Assembly (NCBI GenBank): GCA_051294905.1
Contig: CM119376.1
Span: 372,001-436,000 of the forward strand
Direction of reading: 5' to 3'
Length of the DNA: 64,000 nt
DNA from: Botryllus schlosseri
Lineage: Eukaryota
The translations under genes were made by a program, and so were the position numbers. Below the pieces are notes generated by a model. It saw only the letters and a list, made by a program, of their open reading frames with translations, was not told the origin of the DNA and ran no database searches. Positions 34,671 to 49,377 of this stretch are shown one piece after another. Every line of letters begins with the position of its first letter. Position 1 is the first letter of the stretch.

Positions 34671-36895
34671 TACCGTACCCATCAGGGTGCGTATAGCGTT
34701 AGGTTAGGTTTCGTGTACGCTTTCTGAGATCATCACAATTTCTCTTTTCTTTCGTATTGCCACCCGCAGGTTCTATGCTAGTTCTTCGCTTAATCTTGTC
34801 AATAGTGTCTCTAGCTGTTCATCGCCCTGCAATTTTTTCCTTAATTTGAATCTTCTTGTAATGGATTTGGTGATCCAATCTTCCAGCCCGTGTACTTCGT
34901 TTTATTTCTCGCTGTCCATACCGCTTGTTTTAGGATTGGCATAAGGATCGGGCATAAGGAGGGCGTCCTCTTGGGTTTCTGGGAGGTCCGTCTCTGGTTC
35001 CATGAGGATAATGGTCTGGATTTTGGTAAGATCCATCGTTTGTCCAGTCGTCCTGTTCCAGGCTTCCGTGGTGGCTTTTAGCGCCTCTTTGGTTCTTTCG
35101 CACCAGGCAAAGAGGTGTGGGCCAGTCTCTATGGATATCCTGCAGAGCTCACATTCCCTTTCATCGGAGAGGGCTCTTGCGTAAAGGGATTCGTTGGTAT
35201 TAATGGTGTCGCTGGCAATAGACCAGTTTAGATCTCTTTGTGCATGAGTTAATTTCTTGTTTTGGATGTTTCTCCAGTTCGGGCCCTGCATTTCTGATAT
35301 TTGTCTTCTATACTGTTTGATTGCCACGTCGTATAGTTTCCTATTCGTTCCCTTTTGTATGTGATCTTTATCAAATCCTAGGTCGTTCATTGCCTGATGA
35401 TGTTCTTCCAGTGTCGCCTCGGATTCAAGGCATGTGGCTTGGAGTTTCTTATGTGTAATGTTTTGTATCTCATTAGGGAGAGAGCTAGTTGGTGTTCCAG
35501 TCTCTCATCCCATGCCTCCATCGGTTTGGTTTGATCGTGCCTGAGGAATTCTACTGCCGTTTCAATAAACATGATGTCTGTGAGGGTTGGGATATCAGTG
35601 ACCTCTCTTCCCCCTATGTTCTCGCTCTGAATGACTTTGAAGTACTCCGGTTTTTTTTCCTTTCCCAAAGAGGAAAGTCGTCGCTATACGCCTGAGTTCT
35701 GTTCTTGTGCGCCTGAGTTCTGTTCTTGTGTTTTGAGGCATCCTCGACAAAGCCGCCGGGTACGTGAAGAGGGGGAGGATGTTTGTTCTCCAGAGTTGTA
35801 TTCTCTGATACCTTCTCATGTTCAGGTTTTCAATTTCTTTTATCAGGTTTTCTGTTGTTTCGATCGGAGTCTTCCATGGTTTGTGTTGGTCTGGAACCCC
35901 TCGGTAGATTTTATGGCCCAGGACTTCCATGTCGTTCACCCATTTGATTCCTGCATGTCTTGGCTGCTGCTGTTCATTTTGGAAATCAATCCCTCTGGTT
36001 TTGTTTTTATTGATGTTCAGTGGTTTTGTTTTTGATGTTCAGCCCACTCGCTTCTCAAAATTTGCTTATTGTTTCTAGGGCTTGGTCTGTTTCGTTATTG
36101 GTTTTCTTGGGTTAGGGTAAGATCATCAGCATAGGCTGGGGCTATGTATTTTTCTCCTCATCCCTGGTATCTTGTATCCCGTGTTGTTGTTGTTGTAGTT
36201 GTCTCAGTAGGGGTTCTGTTGTTATCGTAAATAGTAGCATGGACATTGGGTCGCCCTGCTTTATCCCTCTCTTCAGTGGCATGTTTCCTCCTACCTCCCC
36301 CCTATGGAGATTTTAGCTTCTGCCTGATCATAGATCTTTCCAAAGAATATGTTCTCCAGGTTGCAGCAGGCCTGTGCGGTGTAATATTACGTTTTGCAGT
36401 GGAAGCACTGTCTCGCCTCTCCGTATTGCGTGAAGGCTATTGGTTTTTGGCAATTAGGACAGTCCGCCATTTCGATTCCATCTGTTGAGAAACTGATGGT
36501 TTTCCTTAATGGTTGGGAAAAATCATCAGAGTCAGTACTGGTTCTGGTTCTTTTTTCGGCGCCTGGTTTTTCCCATATGGTGTCTGACAACAGACCTCCC
36601 TGATTGTTAGGGAAGTCTTCGGCCATTGAGTGCCATTCCCTTATTCCAGCACTCGCAGCGCTCGCGGCGCTCTCATTACTATCGTCTGATTCGGTAGTGT
36701 CTGACGTGAAAACGTCTTGCAGTCCTTTTGCAATTGCTTCAGCTTCTTTCCTGAGTACGCGTTTTCCCATGTTTCCCATGTTTTCATTGGTATTTTGTTC
36801 TTCGTTGGGAGTGCTGGTCGGAGTTGCATTCACTTCACTTGCAGTATCTATCTGTGTTTGAACTGCGGCTGGCGGCGAGCTAACTGGTGTATCGT
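34670..36895 (-). mobile_element. Tx1 element E7 with a large internal deletion joining the ORF1 Cys-rich domain to mid-RT near 36350
   Basis: C-terminus CELC...PHLFAWC; PAYADD near 36130; ORF1 acidic region and CPNC...CFHC...ACC at 36350-36890. Confidence 0.75.
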
Positions 36896-39800
36896 GCCCA
36901 ATATAGTTCCTATCTGGTTCCGTAAATTTTGAAAATATGTACATGACGTGAGGATATGCTCCACGTCGTCGTTTCTTCCATTGCAAAATTTACAGTTCAA
37001 GATCAATGGCTTGTTTCGATTTCTTTTTTTGATCCCAAATATATACCCGTTTTGCGCTGTTCTATAGTTTATGATGAGTTCTTCATTTGTTATAGTTTTT
37101 TGTATGTCATACGTTGTCTGGTTTATTTTATTCCAATTAATTTCCTCTCCCCTTTCCGTTCTGATGTCTGGTCTATTTTCTTTCAAGCTTTTTATTGCCT
37201 TGTACAAGGTCTTGTGCGTGGCCTCTTGCCATTCTTCTTCATTAAAATCTATTTTTCTACATGTTTGCAGATTCTCGACCCAGGTTGGTGGGGTCGGGAA
37301 TTTGTGGGGTTCGGTGTTTCTGAATGGTTTCCCATTTATTTCTTTTACTCTCGTTCCTGTTTCATAAATCGCATATTGGTGCCACTGTTCTGTGGGATTT
37401 TCGATTTCTTTTAGTTAGTATTAATATCTTCTCAAGTTCGCAAGCTTTTACTCTTGCTTCCACGTCCGGCATTTCAAGTCCTCCCCTGTTCTTCTCTGCT
37501 ATTAGGGTCTTCCTTTTTATAGCCTCCATTTTTTTAGGCTGCCAAAGGAAGTTAAAATACAGCTTAACTCGTGCGTTATAGATTATTTGTGTTGACACTA
37601 ACGAGTTTAGAATGTTTTTTTTTCCAATCCACGTTAATCTCCTGTGCCGGTAGGCGTTGAGTATTTTTTTAATCTTCATTGTTCTCTTGTTCCAAGTGTC
37701 TCTTACTTGGTTTATTCCAAATATTTGTTATTCCAAATATTTGGCCTAACACTTCTATGCTAGGTTTTTTTAGATCTTCAATGCTAGGTTTTTTTAGATC
37801 TTCATATTTGGATTTTTGGGTTAGAGTGCTTCTATTGGGCTGTATATGAAGTATTTGGGTTTTCCCCGCATTTAGCCTCTGCCCCGTCGCTCTTTCAAAT
37901 TTCTGGAATTCGCGGAATATTTTATCTATATCCGCTTCTTTAGTCAGTTAGCAGGTGAGATCATCTGCGTACTGTTGAATCTTCATTTTGTATTTTCCTA
38001 GTCTAAATGCTTCGATCTTATGGTCGTTTTCAATTTTTCTGGCTAGGGGGTCGCTGCATATCGCATAGAGCGCCATGCTAAGCGGACACCCCTGCCTTAT
38101 TCCTCTTTCCAGTGGTATTTCTCTGGTTAAAGCTCCGTTCACCAAGATTTTACTTTTTGCTTCCTGATAGATATTTTTTATCAGTTTAGTAAAATGGTTG
38201 GGTAGACCGTATCCTTCTAGGATTTTATGAATGTAATTGTGGTTTACCTTATCAAACGCTTTCTCCTGATCGATATTCACCACAAGTAGTTCTTTCCCTC
38301 TTTCTTTTGCATATTGGGTCGCGGCTTGCGTATTTCTCAATACGTCCGTTATGCATCTTCCTTTGATTCCACATTTCTGTGTTGCATTGACAATGTTAGG
38401 AAGGATGGGTCTGAGTCTTGCTGCCAATATTGCGGCGAGGATTTTATAGTCAGTGTTTAAGAGGGTGATGGGCCTCTAGTTTTTCAAGTCCTGGGGGCTG
38501 CCCTTTTTATAAACCATTGTGGTTATCCCTTCTGTCCACGTTTTGCATATACCTCCGAATAGGTAGGCGTTGTTAAGTACCTCCTGCATATCGTTCTTTA
38601 AGATATAATAATAGGTAGCGTAAAATTCCCTCGACAGGCCATCTGGCCCTGGTGTTTTGCCAGAATCCATTTTTTGAATTATGGCCTTTATTTCGTCATG
38701 ATCTACTTGGGTTTTTAGCTCTTCTCTTTCGTCGGATGTGATTTGGATGTGTTTGATTTCATCCAGATATTGCGTTTGCATGTCATTGATTGCTTGCACA
38801 TCCTTAGATATTGCGTTTGCATGTCATTGTTTGCTTGCACATCCTTAGCCCAGAGGTTTCTGTAGAGGTTTCTGTAGAAGTCTTCTACTTCTTGTATTAC
38901 TCCTTCTTTAGAGGTGATCATGGCGCCGCTTTCGTTTGTTACCGCGCTCAAGATCTTACTTTCTTTCCGTTGTTTCAGTTTTTCGAAGAAAAACCTAGTT
39001 GGCTTTTCGCCCTCCTCAAGGTCTCTAAGCTTATGGAGGGTACACTGGTGGCGTATCTCCTCTTCCTCTATTCTCTTGAGCTCTTTCACGGCTTCGAGCG
39101 GGCTCTCTTTTGGATTTGGGTCATTTTGGATTCGGTGTATCTTATCATGTAGAGTTTTTATCTTAATATCATTCTCGACTTTTTTCGTCCAACTATAGGT
39201 CTTAAGTTGGGTTTTCATTTGTTTTTTTTGAAGTAGTCCGACCATCCATACACATCATTAAAGAAAGGCTTCTTTTCAGTGCATGATCGGTGGGTTCTCT
39301 TTATTATCTGGTGTAAATCTTCATTATGGAGGTATCTCGTGTCGTTCTTCCAAACACGGTTACCCCATTGGATGTCACTGGGTGGAGTAATGTGAATTTT
39401 TTTGAGGAAAACATGATCTGATATCGTGTTGGTGTTGTAGGTCGTTCTTTTGACTCTCGGTAGGTTTTTCTGTGACACGTATATCCTATCGATTCTTCTC
39501 GACTGTTTTGCTTTCATCATGGTATATATTTTTTTAGTTGGGTTTCGCCAACGCCATACATCCCGTATTTTATACAAATCCGTGAAGGTCTTCCAGATTT
39601 TTGCCGCCGGTGTCATTTTAAAATTCTCGATGTTTTTTGAGTCAATTTTATCGGTGACTATATATTAAAGTCACCGCAGACCACTGCAGTATCTGGGGAT
39701 TTTTCAATATCCGATATTATTTCCTTGTAGAATGTCGTTTGATGTCTTCCGACGTCGCTGGGTCCGTATATGTTATACACAGTCGTATCATCTTTCGTGT

Positions 39801-40795
39801 CCCTATTAGTTAGTAGCAGCGCTTGAGCCCTATCTTCCCTTACGATCCGATGGGTGATTTCGAATTTAATGTCCATTTCCTTTCTGATGAATATGCTGGT
39901 TCCTTTATAATAGTGTTTCTTTTTCTGTTCCGTATCTATCCAAACTTGCCCTGCATTTATATGGTTCGAGTAATATTGAAATTCGTTTTGTTCAGCCCAT
40001 TTCCTTACTTTATTTATGTCTACTTTATGAGCCTCCTGTATGCATGTGATGTTCCAATTTGTGTCTCTTTTTAGTAAGTTCTTTATTTTAAACCAATGGG
40101 TCTCGAGCCCATTGGCGTTCAAAGATATTATTTTAATATCCATCGGATTGGGAAGGGGCTGCGCTACTTTTTATGTTTGCTAGGGGTTTCGGTCTCCCAG
40201 TTGGGCTTCTCTGGTCACTACCGCGTTTGTTTGGCGATCTAGTGGCTCTGAAGAATTCTGCCTGGGTAAAGGAGCGTTCCTCTAGGACTTTACGCGACAC
40301 ATGCTTGATCACTTCCTTCGGTTTCGCGGGGGTTTCAGGCTTACTGCTTTCCTCCTCACTGGTTACTAATATTAGTTCGTCTTCGTCACTGCTCTCATTT
40401 GCGTCTGACGCTTGGATTATTGTTTTGTTCAAGTCGCTTTTTCCTTCTTCGTCACTGCTCTCATTTGCGTCTGACGCTTGGATTATTGTTTTGTTCAAGT
40501 CGCTTTTTCCTTCTTCGCCCATGGAATCTATTTGCCTGAAGAGGTCTTCAATTGCATTTTCGTTTACCTCGCTACTTCCATCGTCGTCATTCAGTTCCTC
40601 ATCGTGTGTTTTATTTTCGCTTTCTGTGTCTATCTGTGTTTCTTCGTTTTCTCCGGGTGATTTGGTTTGTTGGGTCTCAGGGATTAGGGTGTTTTCTCCC
40701 TGTGTCGCCAAGTCTGATTGGTGCGCGGCAGCCAGTTTTGTTAGTTCTAATCCAGCCATCAGTTCGAGTTCTAATCCAGCCATCAGTTCGTGTTA
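36895..40795 (-). mobile_element. Tx1 element E8 (most of ORF2 and ORF1 C-terminal part)
   Basis: APE start MDIKIISLNANG at 40143; RT DQEKAFD, IRQGCPLS, QQYADD; RLTWIGK; CKFC...EHIL. Confidence 0.85.
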
Positions 40796-43700
40796 AAGTG
40801 TTGGAGCCACTTTTATTCTGGTTCTTACCTTCCCGGGCATTTTCGACGTTGCGGCAATGTAGTAAAAAGGGGGAGTACGTTAGTTCTCAGTATTGCATTT
40901 TTTTCGTACCTTTATAGGTGCATGCTTTCCAGCTCCTCAAGGAGTCAGCTGGCGTTACTCATGGCCTCCATCCACTTGTGTGTTGTACATCGATCTCTAT
41001 GTGTGATGGTGTGTTCCCCAGGATTTCGATTTCCCCCACCCATTTGATCTTGGATTGGTGGACTTTCCTCAGCTTCCGCTCGAATGAGATTCCCCTGGTT
41101 TTTTGGTGGTTGATTCGTAGTCCACTTCCTTTACCAAACTCGCCAATGATGTTGATTGACTTTTCCGCTTCGAGTTCCCCTGCCATGGTAACCGTTATGT
41201 CATCCGCATATGCGAAGTTGTTATCGGTCGTTTCATGCCGGTCAGTCTGAAGGCTGCTATGGAGTCGTTAAGTATCTGTAGCAAGGAATCGGTTAGGATA
41301 TAAATAAGTACATCGACATAGGGTCGCCTTGTTTTATGCCACCCTCGATTTTGATATTATTATCGATAATTTGCCCATTTACCGATATTTTAGCCTTGCC
41401 TCGTTCGTATATTTCTCCAAAGAAGCGGCGGAAATTGATTCCAAAACCCACTTCTTCACGCGCATCCTTCAGGAATTCGTGGCTAACGGTGTCATAGGCC
41501 TTTTGGAAATCGATGGAGACCATGGCCCCTTTGTTTCTTCTCTTCATTTCCGCCGCTGTTTCTCTTGAAAGGAGATTTAGCCTATCTATTTTGTTGGGCG
41601 GATTTACATATTGATGTTGATGGGTTATATCCGGCAAGACGCGTTTAACCCTGTTGGCCAGTATTTTGCTTAAGATTTTATAGTCAACATTGAGCAGCGT
41701 TATTGGCCTGTAGTTACGTACTTCCGCCGGGTCACCCTTCTTGAATATCGTTTTTATTATTCCGTTTGCCATTTCTCCCTCTGCTTTCTGGAAGAAATAC
41801 ATTTCCGTTGAGCGTTTCAGTTAGTTTTATATCAATTGTGTTGTGTCTATGAATTTTTTATAGAATTCGGAGCTAATACCATCTTCGCCAGGCGTTTTGT
41901 TGACCCTATGCATTTGCGAGCCTTACTTCATCCACCTTGATGGGTGCTTCGATGTCGCTTCTTTGTGCATTCGTTAGCCGCCCCTTTTGGTGCATGAGAA
42001 AGAATTGTGCAGTCTGTTTATCAGATTCTGGCTTACTATATAGTTTTTGGTAGAAATTTTCCATAGAAATTTTCCACAATTTTCCTTATTTCTTCCTGGT
42101 CTGACATGGGTTGTCCTGTTTCGTCGTTTAGTTTCTCGATCGTGACAGCCTCTTGTCGTTTCTTGACTCTCTCGCAGAGGATGTATGGTTTGCGGTGTAG
42201 GAGGTTTTCTTCCTCAGCCTTCGCTTGAAGTTTCAGTTTATCCATGTTCTCAGATTTCTCCATCCAAATCTTCCTTTTCGTTTTTCTGTATTCAGATTGG
42301 GGTGTGGTATTTGCCATAACATTTGATCTCACCTCGATCAGTTCTTTTTCGATGCCTTGGCCGCTTTTTTTGCTTGCGCGATGTTGAAGTGTTCTTTTGA
42401 CCGCTTTCCACCACTCGACATTTGTCTCGTACAGGACTAGATATAGCGTTTCCCACCTTTTCCACTTTTCCTGAAGTGCCTTCTGGTATTCCTCTGTCTC
42501 AGAGCATGGTGTTGCTCTTCCACGCGTTATTTGTTCTTGCTTTTTCTCCTGGTATCTGAATCGTCGCCAGCGTCGCGTCGTGATCTGAGAATGGACATGG
42601 GATATGTTTGCATGTAAGGGCTTAATGCTGCTAGAGACATAAATTCTGTCCAGCCTTGCTTTTCCAGTTAGGTAAAAAAAGGTAAATTCCTTGGTAAATT
42701 CCTTTTTGTGTCCGTTTACCTTTCGGAAAACGTCTGTTACCCCGATGTTTTCCATGATGTTGGAGCCGTATCTTGCGTCGGCGCTCTCTTTCAAGATATC
42801 TGGCGGATCTCTGTCTAACTCTGTTGAATCGATTCCGTTAAAGTCTCCTGCTATGATGTGCTCTCGGAATTTCTTCGTTCTCGCCGCCAGCGTTCTGAGT
42901 TGCGCTTTCCTTCTTTTTCTGTTGTTATAACCGTGAAAGTTGGTTAGATTTAGTTTTGTTTTACCTAGTTTTATTGTTGCTTGTTGCATGCGCCCCTCCA
43001 TGTCTTGAGTTGAGTCTACGACTGAGAGCCGATTATTTGCTAGGAGAATTGCCGTCCCTGCTGTACTGCTGGTCATCGAGTTCCATATTGCTTTTCTACT
43101 CCATTCGAATGTCCACTTGTTTTCAGCGTTGACTGATGAATGGGTTTCTTGCAGGAGTATAATGTCGGCACCTGTTTGTCTGATGTAATCAAAAATGAGC
43201 ATCCTTATACTTTCTTGTCCTATACCACTTACATTTAACGTTAAAATCTTAATCCTATTTTGCATGATATTTACTGGTGGGTATTCCTACCCTTCTTGGT
43301 GTTTCGTCTTGTTCTATTGCATCTCGTGCAGTTGCTGAAGAATGTCGCGTCGCTTTCTCTCAACAAGTTTCCGCAGCATTCTGTTATTTCACATCTATTA
43401 TTCCTGCAGATCGTGCATATCACTTTCTTTTTGCTTCGCAGTTGACTTTCTGTCAATATTAGTTGATCTCTTGGGTTGCAGCATCCCTGTATTAGATGAT
43501 GGTTAGTGTGACAGCTAATACATTCTATCACCTTGGACCCGGTTTTGTAGGTTATTGCCTTTCCGCATTGTTCACATGTTATCGTTTCTCCCTGATCCCC
43601 TGCGTACGTATTGTGTCTTTTGACTGTCGGAGTTTGTCCTTCTGAGTCGGTGCTGTCCCTTGGCCGTTTCAAACTGATATCGATTCCTTTGGATTCGTCA

Positions 43701-43850
43701 CCTATTGCAAAAACATCTTCTGATTGATCATACCATTCTGTTCTTACCTCATCCGAGCTATCAGATACAGTGAGAATGTTCTCAAGACTCTTCACGATGT
43801 CTTTCACAGCCACAGTATTTACGGTGAGCACAACTATAATAAATAAACAA
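40795..43850 (-). mobile_element. Tx1 element E9 (ORF2 APE-RT and ORF1 C-terminal Cys-rich domain)
   Basis: ORF 42036-43265 APE (ILTLNVSG, LQETH, AGDFN, ARLDRIY); RT 41293-41802; ORF 43271-43831 ends just before the ORF2 ATG. Confidence 0.85.
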
Positions 43851-43869
43851 AGAATCGGTCACCGTAAAT

Positions 43870-45020
43870 ACTATTTTATTCAAATCCAAATTTTTTGACG
43901 GCAATAACTCCGCTTCACTGGCTGGAATTGAACCAAATTTGATGAGCCTCGTATCGATTGATTGTGAGCATTGGAGTATTTGGTTGTATTATGGTGTTTA
44001 TCATGGTAGCTTCGAAGGGCTCAAAGAAACTCGTGCAATAGATAGGCGCTATGACGGATTCACAAGGAGGTCGTCAGCCTCCAGGAACGTACGCAAATGC
44101 GGCTGGAGGATCACAGCCTGTGGACAGATCATGTGATATTGGAATTAAGCTGCCAAGGATGCCGGACAGGAAGGAATTGATAAGTTTCTTCAATACGGTG
44201 GGAATAGTCTTGGAAAATATAGAGGGAATAGTAAGATTCCCGAATGGCCAAATTGATCTCACCTTTCGAGATAGAATAATGGTAACTACAGTCGATAGAA
44301 ACATGACGAAAATGAAGAGTGTAGGGACACCTCTCCCAGTCCATTGGTTATATGTAGCCGAAAATACGGCGGTTTACTTAAGCTATGTCCCCGTTAAAAT
44401 GACTGATCAACGAATTGAACAATACCTTATGAATAAGAACTTACCGATCGAAAATATCCTTCACCAAAAAGATGACCTAGGAAAACGAAACGGAGTGAGG
44501 AGCATGCTGGTGGGGAAACACGGAGTGAGGAGCATGCTGGTGGGGAAACAACAACTCGACGAAACGCCGATCAAATCGTTCATCAACATAGACGGCTTCA
44601 GAATCACGGTCAGATACAGAGGTCAAATACATACATGCGCCGGAACCGGGACACTATATGCGCCTATGCCCCACAAGAACCAAGAAAACCATACGGCCTA
44701 CAGGAAAAGAGAGGGAAAGACGAAATTATGACGAAACAATGCAAAATAGCATGGAAGGTATGGGAATATATGACAATCCAAAATACCGCAGATACGCTAG
44801 AGGGAGACACTGAGAAACAGGAAACACCCAATACCATAAATGGAGATACGCAGGGCGAAGCGCCGAGACCAGAGGAGCACTCACCACCACGAGAGGGATG
44901 CGATGAGAGCGAGACGCCCCCGATGACGATCTTGGACACGTCGGAAGACAGCAGCCAATCAGCGCGAAGGGAAGACGCGAGAGAGCAAACGAGAGTCGAC
45001 TCTGTGTATAGAAACATATA
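43870..45020 (+). mobile_element. Inverted 5' UTR and ORF1 N-terminal half of a Tx1 element (likely the 5' part of E9)
   Basis: ORF 44051-44731 homologous to the E3 ORF1 N-terminus; only plus-strand Tx1 piece in the window. Confidence 0.75.
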
Positions 45021-48000
45021 TTAAAAAGAAAGAGTAACAATAAAATCGTAAATAGTAATTAATAGCTATAATGTCTAAATGTAAAGAAAAACAGATGTAT
45101 AAGGGGTAAAATATAATATAGAATTAACAAGGTAAAATATAGTCGTCCAAGTTCAATTCTTTTTCCAAGGTGTTATAAATTTCTTTTTTTTGGTAACTTT
45201 TTCTTTCCAAATCTTCATTTTACGATGTATTAGTTTGTTATTGGTCACCAATTGCTTTAATTTTCTCCTAGATTTCAAACCGATGCGGAAAGGAAAGGGG
45301 TAGGTGGGTTGGGTGATGCGCCAGATGTGTTTCCTATGGTCAAAGGTTTTGGAGAAAGGGTAAGTGATGAAGGTCGAATTCGTAGGGGTGGATTTCTTCT
45401 GGGTATTTATATTGGTGATTTTGTGTCCTAATCTAGTAAGTCGTTTTTTGAATCGGTGAATGGTGTTTTGGAGATAGTGGTGCAGGAGTTCCCTATTTTT
45501 TCCTAGAGCTTTGACTCGGAGCGGACTTGGTAAGTGGGTGTCGAGTCTTCTTTTCATCCTCCCCAGTGTTTTTTGACTAGATTTTCGTTTCCAACTTTGA
45601 CGTTGTCGATATCTAGTGCGATTTTATGTTTGATTATGCCTTTTTTCATGATGGATATTAGTAGCCAGTCTGTGTTTTGTGTGTTTTCATTGTATATCAT
45701 GGCTTCTTCATGGAGTTTGGTCTTTCGCGCAGTTTCTAGTTCTTTTATGATTTTTTTGTAAATTTGCAGTCCCAGGCTATATGGGCGCCATTGTCGTTGT
45801 TTGAGTCGCAGAACTTACAATTCAGGTCCAAGGGCCTGTTGTAGTCATCGTATCGCAGGTTTCTACTCCATTTTTTATTTCCGAATATATATCCGTCTAG
45901 TGCGGATCTGTAGTTTATTATCATTTCTTCGTTGGTTATGAGTTTTTCACCCTTTATTCTGGTTTGGAGGACTTTTTCCCAACTTACACTTTTTCCACTC
46001 CGTGTCTTGATGTCTGGTCTATTTTCTTTGGTACTTTTGACAGATATATATATGGTTTTGTGGGATGATTCCTTCCATTCCTCATCGTCCCAGTTTAGGT
46101 TAGGTTATTCGCAAGCGCTATGTTATCCTTCCAATTTTTTGGCATAGGATATAGGATGTGGTTCGATGTTATTGAATAGTCTCGGGTTTAGGGTTTTCAT
46201 CACGGTCCCTGTCTGGTAAATGGCGTGTTGGTGCCAAATTTCCGATGGATGATCTATCTTCTTTAGTATTGCTACTGTTTCCAGTTGGCATGTTTTTACT
46301 CTGGATTCTACATCGGGTATACCAAAGCCCCCGTCTTTTTTTCCGCGATTAGGGTCTTTCTTGAAATCGCTTCCATTTTTTCTGGGTGCCAGAGAAAGTT
46401 GAAGTATGTTCTTTCGATCTCCTTTCGTCTTTCTCTGGGCATATGTATTACTTCAGCATCATAGACAAATTGGGTCGATGCGAGGGAGTTCAGGATGTTT
46501 TTCTTCCCTACCCATGTCAGTTTTCGCTGTCTATACGCAGCCAGGGTGCGTTTTATTTTTGATATTTTTTCATTCCAGGTGGTGCTGGATTGGTTGGCCC
46601 CGTAATATTGGCCCAGTATTTTTATCGTCTCTTTCTTCTATGGTTCAAATTGGGGGTGTTTCCGAATTTTCTGTTTATGTGAAGAATCTCTGTCTCTGTT
46701 TTTTCTTTGTTAAGTTTTTGTCCCGTGGCCCTTTCGAAGCGTTCGAATTCGCCGATGACATGTCCTAGGTGTTCTTCGTTTTTCAAATATACGGTTATGT
46801 CATCGGCGTATTGTTGGATCTTGATCTTGCTTTTCCCGAATCTAAAGGGTTCTATTTTTTGGTTGTTGAGTATTCTTCTGGCCAGGGGGTCACAGCTCAT
46901 GGCATACAGTGCCATGCTGAGTGGACACCCCTGGCGGATTCCTCTTTCTATGTTTATATTATTTGTTATTGCTCCGTTTACAAGGATTTTGCTCTGGGCT
47001 GATTTGTAGATATTTCTGATGAGGCGTACAATGTGTTTGGGAAATCGATATTTCTCCATGATGTTATATAAATACTCGTGGTGGATCATATCGAACGCCT
47101 TCTCTTGATCGAGGTTGGCGATTATTAGTTCTTGATTTTTCGCTTGTGCTATTTCTATGACGGCCTGCGTATTTCGGAGTATGTCTGTTATGCTCCTGTT
47201 CGGTATTGCGCATTTTTGGGTTTCGCTGATCAAATTTGGTAGTATTGGCTTTAATCTGTTTGCTAGTATGGACGTTATCAGTTTATAATCAGTGTTTAGA
47301 AGTGTTATTGGTCGCCAATTCCTCAAGTTTTTTGGGTGTCCTTTTTTGTATACCATTATCGTGATTCCGGTTTTCCAGGTGTCGCATAGTCCTCCAAAAG
47401 TTAAGGTTAGTTAAGTAAAGGTGTTATTGACCAGTTCTTATTGGTCGTTTTTATTGTGGCCCAGAAGCATGTATAGAATTCCTTCGACAGGCCGTCGGAG
47501 CCAGCTGTTTTACCTCCTTCCATTTTGCTCAAGGCGTTTATTATTTCCGTTGTCTGGATCTGGGTGTTTAGATCCTTAGTTTCCTCTTCTGTGATATGAA
47601 TACCTTCAATCGCGCTGAGGTAGTCTTTTTGTATGCGATGGTCTTCTTTGCTTGTTTTTGCCCATAATGCTTTGTAAAATGAATCGATTTCTTGTAGGGT
47701 CTCCGTGCTGTTTATAGTCTCCTTTCCGGAGGGAGTTTCTACAGTCGTGACTATTTTACTTTCTCTTTGTTTTAAATTCTGATAAAAGTATCTGGTCTGC
47801 TTTTCGCCTTCCTCAATATCTTTTATCTTGCTGAGCCGGCATTGGTGGATGATGATATCTTCCTCCATCCGCTTCAGTTTTTTGATTTTTTTCCGTTGCA
47901 TCGGTGACGTTGTTAGTGTCTTGTTGGATGCGCGTTATTTCATCACGTAGTTTTTTTTCGCCATTCTTTTTCGGCGTGCAAAGTGTGTCAGGTGTTTTTT

Positions 48001-49377
48001 GACTCTTTTTTTGAAGAAATCCCACCATTCATAGATGGTATCGAAGTGTGGTCTTTCTTCAGTACATTCTTTGTGCAGATCTATGAATTGTTTTTGCAGT
48101 TGTTCGTCTGCATAGTGTCTGACGTCGTTTTTCCAGTACCCATTACCCCAGTGTTGGTATTGGGGTTCCCTCAGTTTTAATTGTTGCAGATAAACGTGAT
48201 CCGCTAATGTGTTTATGCTGTAAGTGCATGATTGCACATGGTTGAGGTAATTCTCCGACATGCATATTCAATCAACTCTTCTCGAATTGAAAGTTTTTAT
48301 TACTGAGTACAGTTTTTTATTTGGATTTCTCCATCTCCAGATATCCCTTATTTTGTAGGTCTATGTAAATATTTTCCAGACTTTCGCTGCTGGGGTCAGT
48401 TGGAAGGTTTGGTTCTTTTTTTAATCGAGATGGTTTGTCACTATGTTGAAATCACCACAGATTATGGTGCTGTCTGGATGGTTTCCGACGCGCTGCGTTA
48501 GTTAGTATTTTGAATACATCTGTTTTGAATACATCTGTTTGGTTTCTCCCCACATCAGCCGGTCCATATACATTGTGGTTTCTCCCCACATCAGCCGGTC
48601 CATATACATTGTATATGTGCTTTGACTCGTCATTCTCTTTGTTAGTTATTTTTATCATTTATATCCTGTCTTCTATTATGGTGGTGTTTTCTATGGTATG
48701 GTTGGTCTCTAATTCCTTTTTCACGAATATCGCGGTTCCTTGATAGTAATGTTTTTTGTTTCCTATTCTATCTATCCAGAATTGTCTGTTGTCGATATGG
48801 TTCGGGATGTATATCCAGTTATTCTGTTGGGCCCATTTGTGTATTCTTTTTTTTGTCTCCCCTATGTGTTTCTTGAATGCAGAGGATATTACATCTTTTA
48901 TTGTTTTTCAAGAAGCATTTAAGCTTGTACAGGTGAGCATTAATTCCATTTATGTTCAGAGAGATAATATCAAGAGCCATTTTGATTGCAAGAGGGGGCA
49001 GGGTACTGTTTTGGCTTTCTATTTCTCTTCGCCCGGGTTTGGCTTCGCCAGCTTTGGTCTGTTTTTACTTGACGTTGGCAAAGTTGGGCTACGTGCGTCG
49101 ATATTTCTTTTATTTGGTGAGCGTTGTGCTGCACTAAAGAATTCGCTTTCCGTAAATCGACTGACCTCGAACCTTTGTCGGAGTATCGACGTTTGGTTAT
49201 TTCTATCTTTATTTAGTGTGTGTTTTGGCTTTTTACTGCCTTTGATTTCATCTTGCTGTGTTTGGGTTTCATCCTCGCTTGTGATGATTTGCAGTTCTTC
49301 AGCTTCGCTTTGGTGTTGTGAACCTGGAATGATCGTTGTATCAAGTTCACTTGGTGTTTGTGAATTTTGCTCTAGGT

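Noticed and set aside
43888-43934. tRNA B-box-like GGTTCAATTCC on minus and Sm-site-like AATTTTTTG on plus
   Set aside because: No A-box, cloverleaf or recognisable snRNA sequence around either motif.
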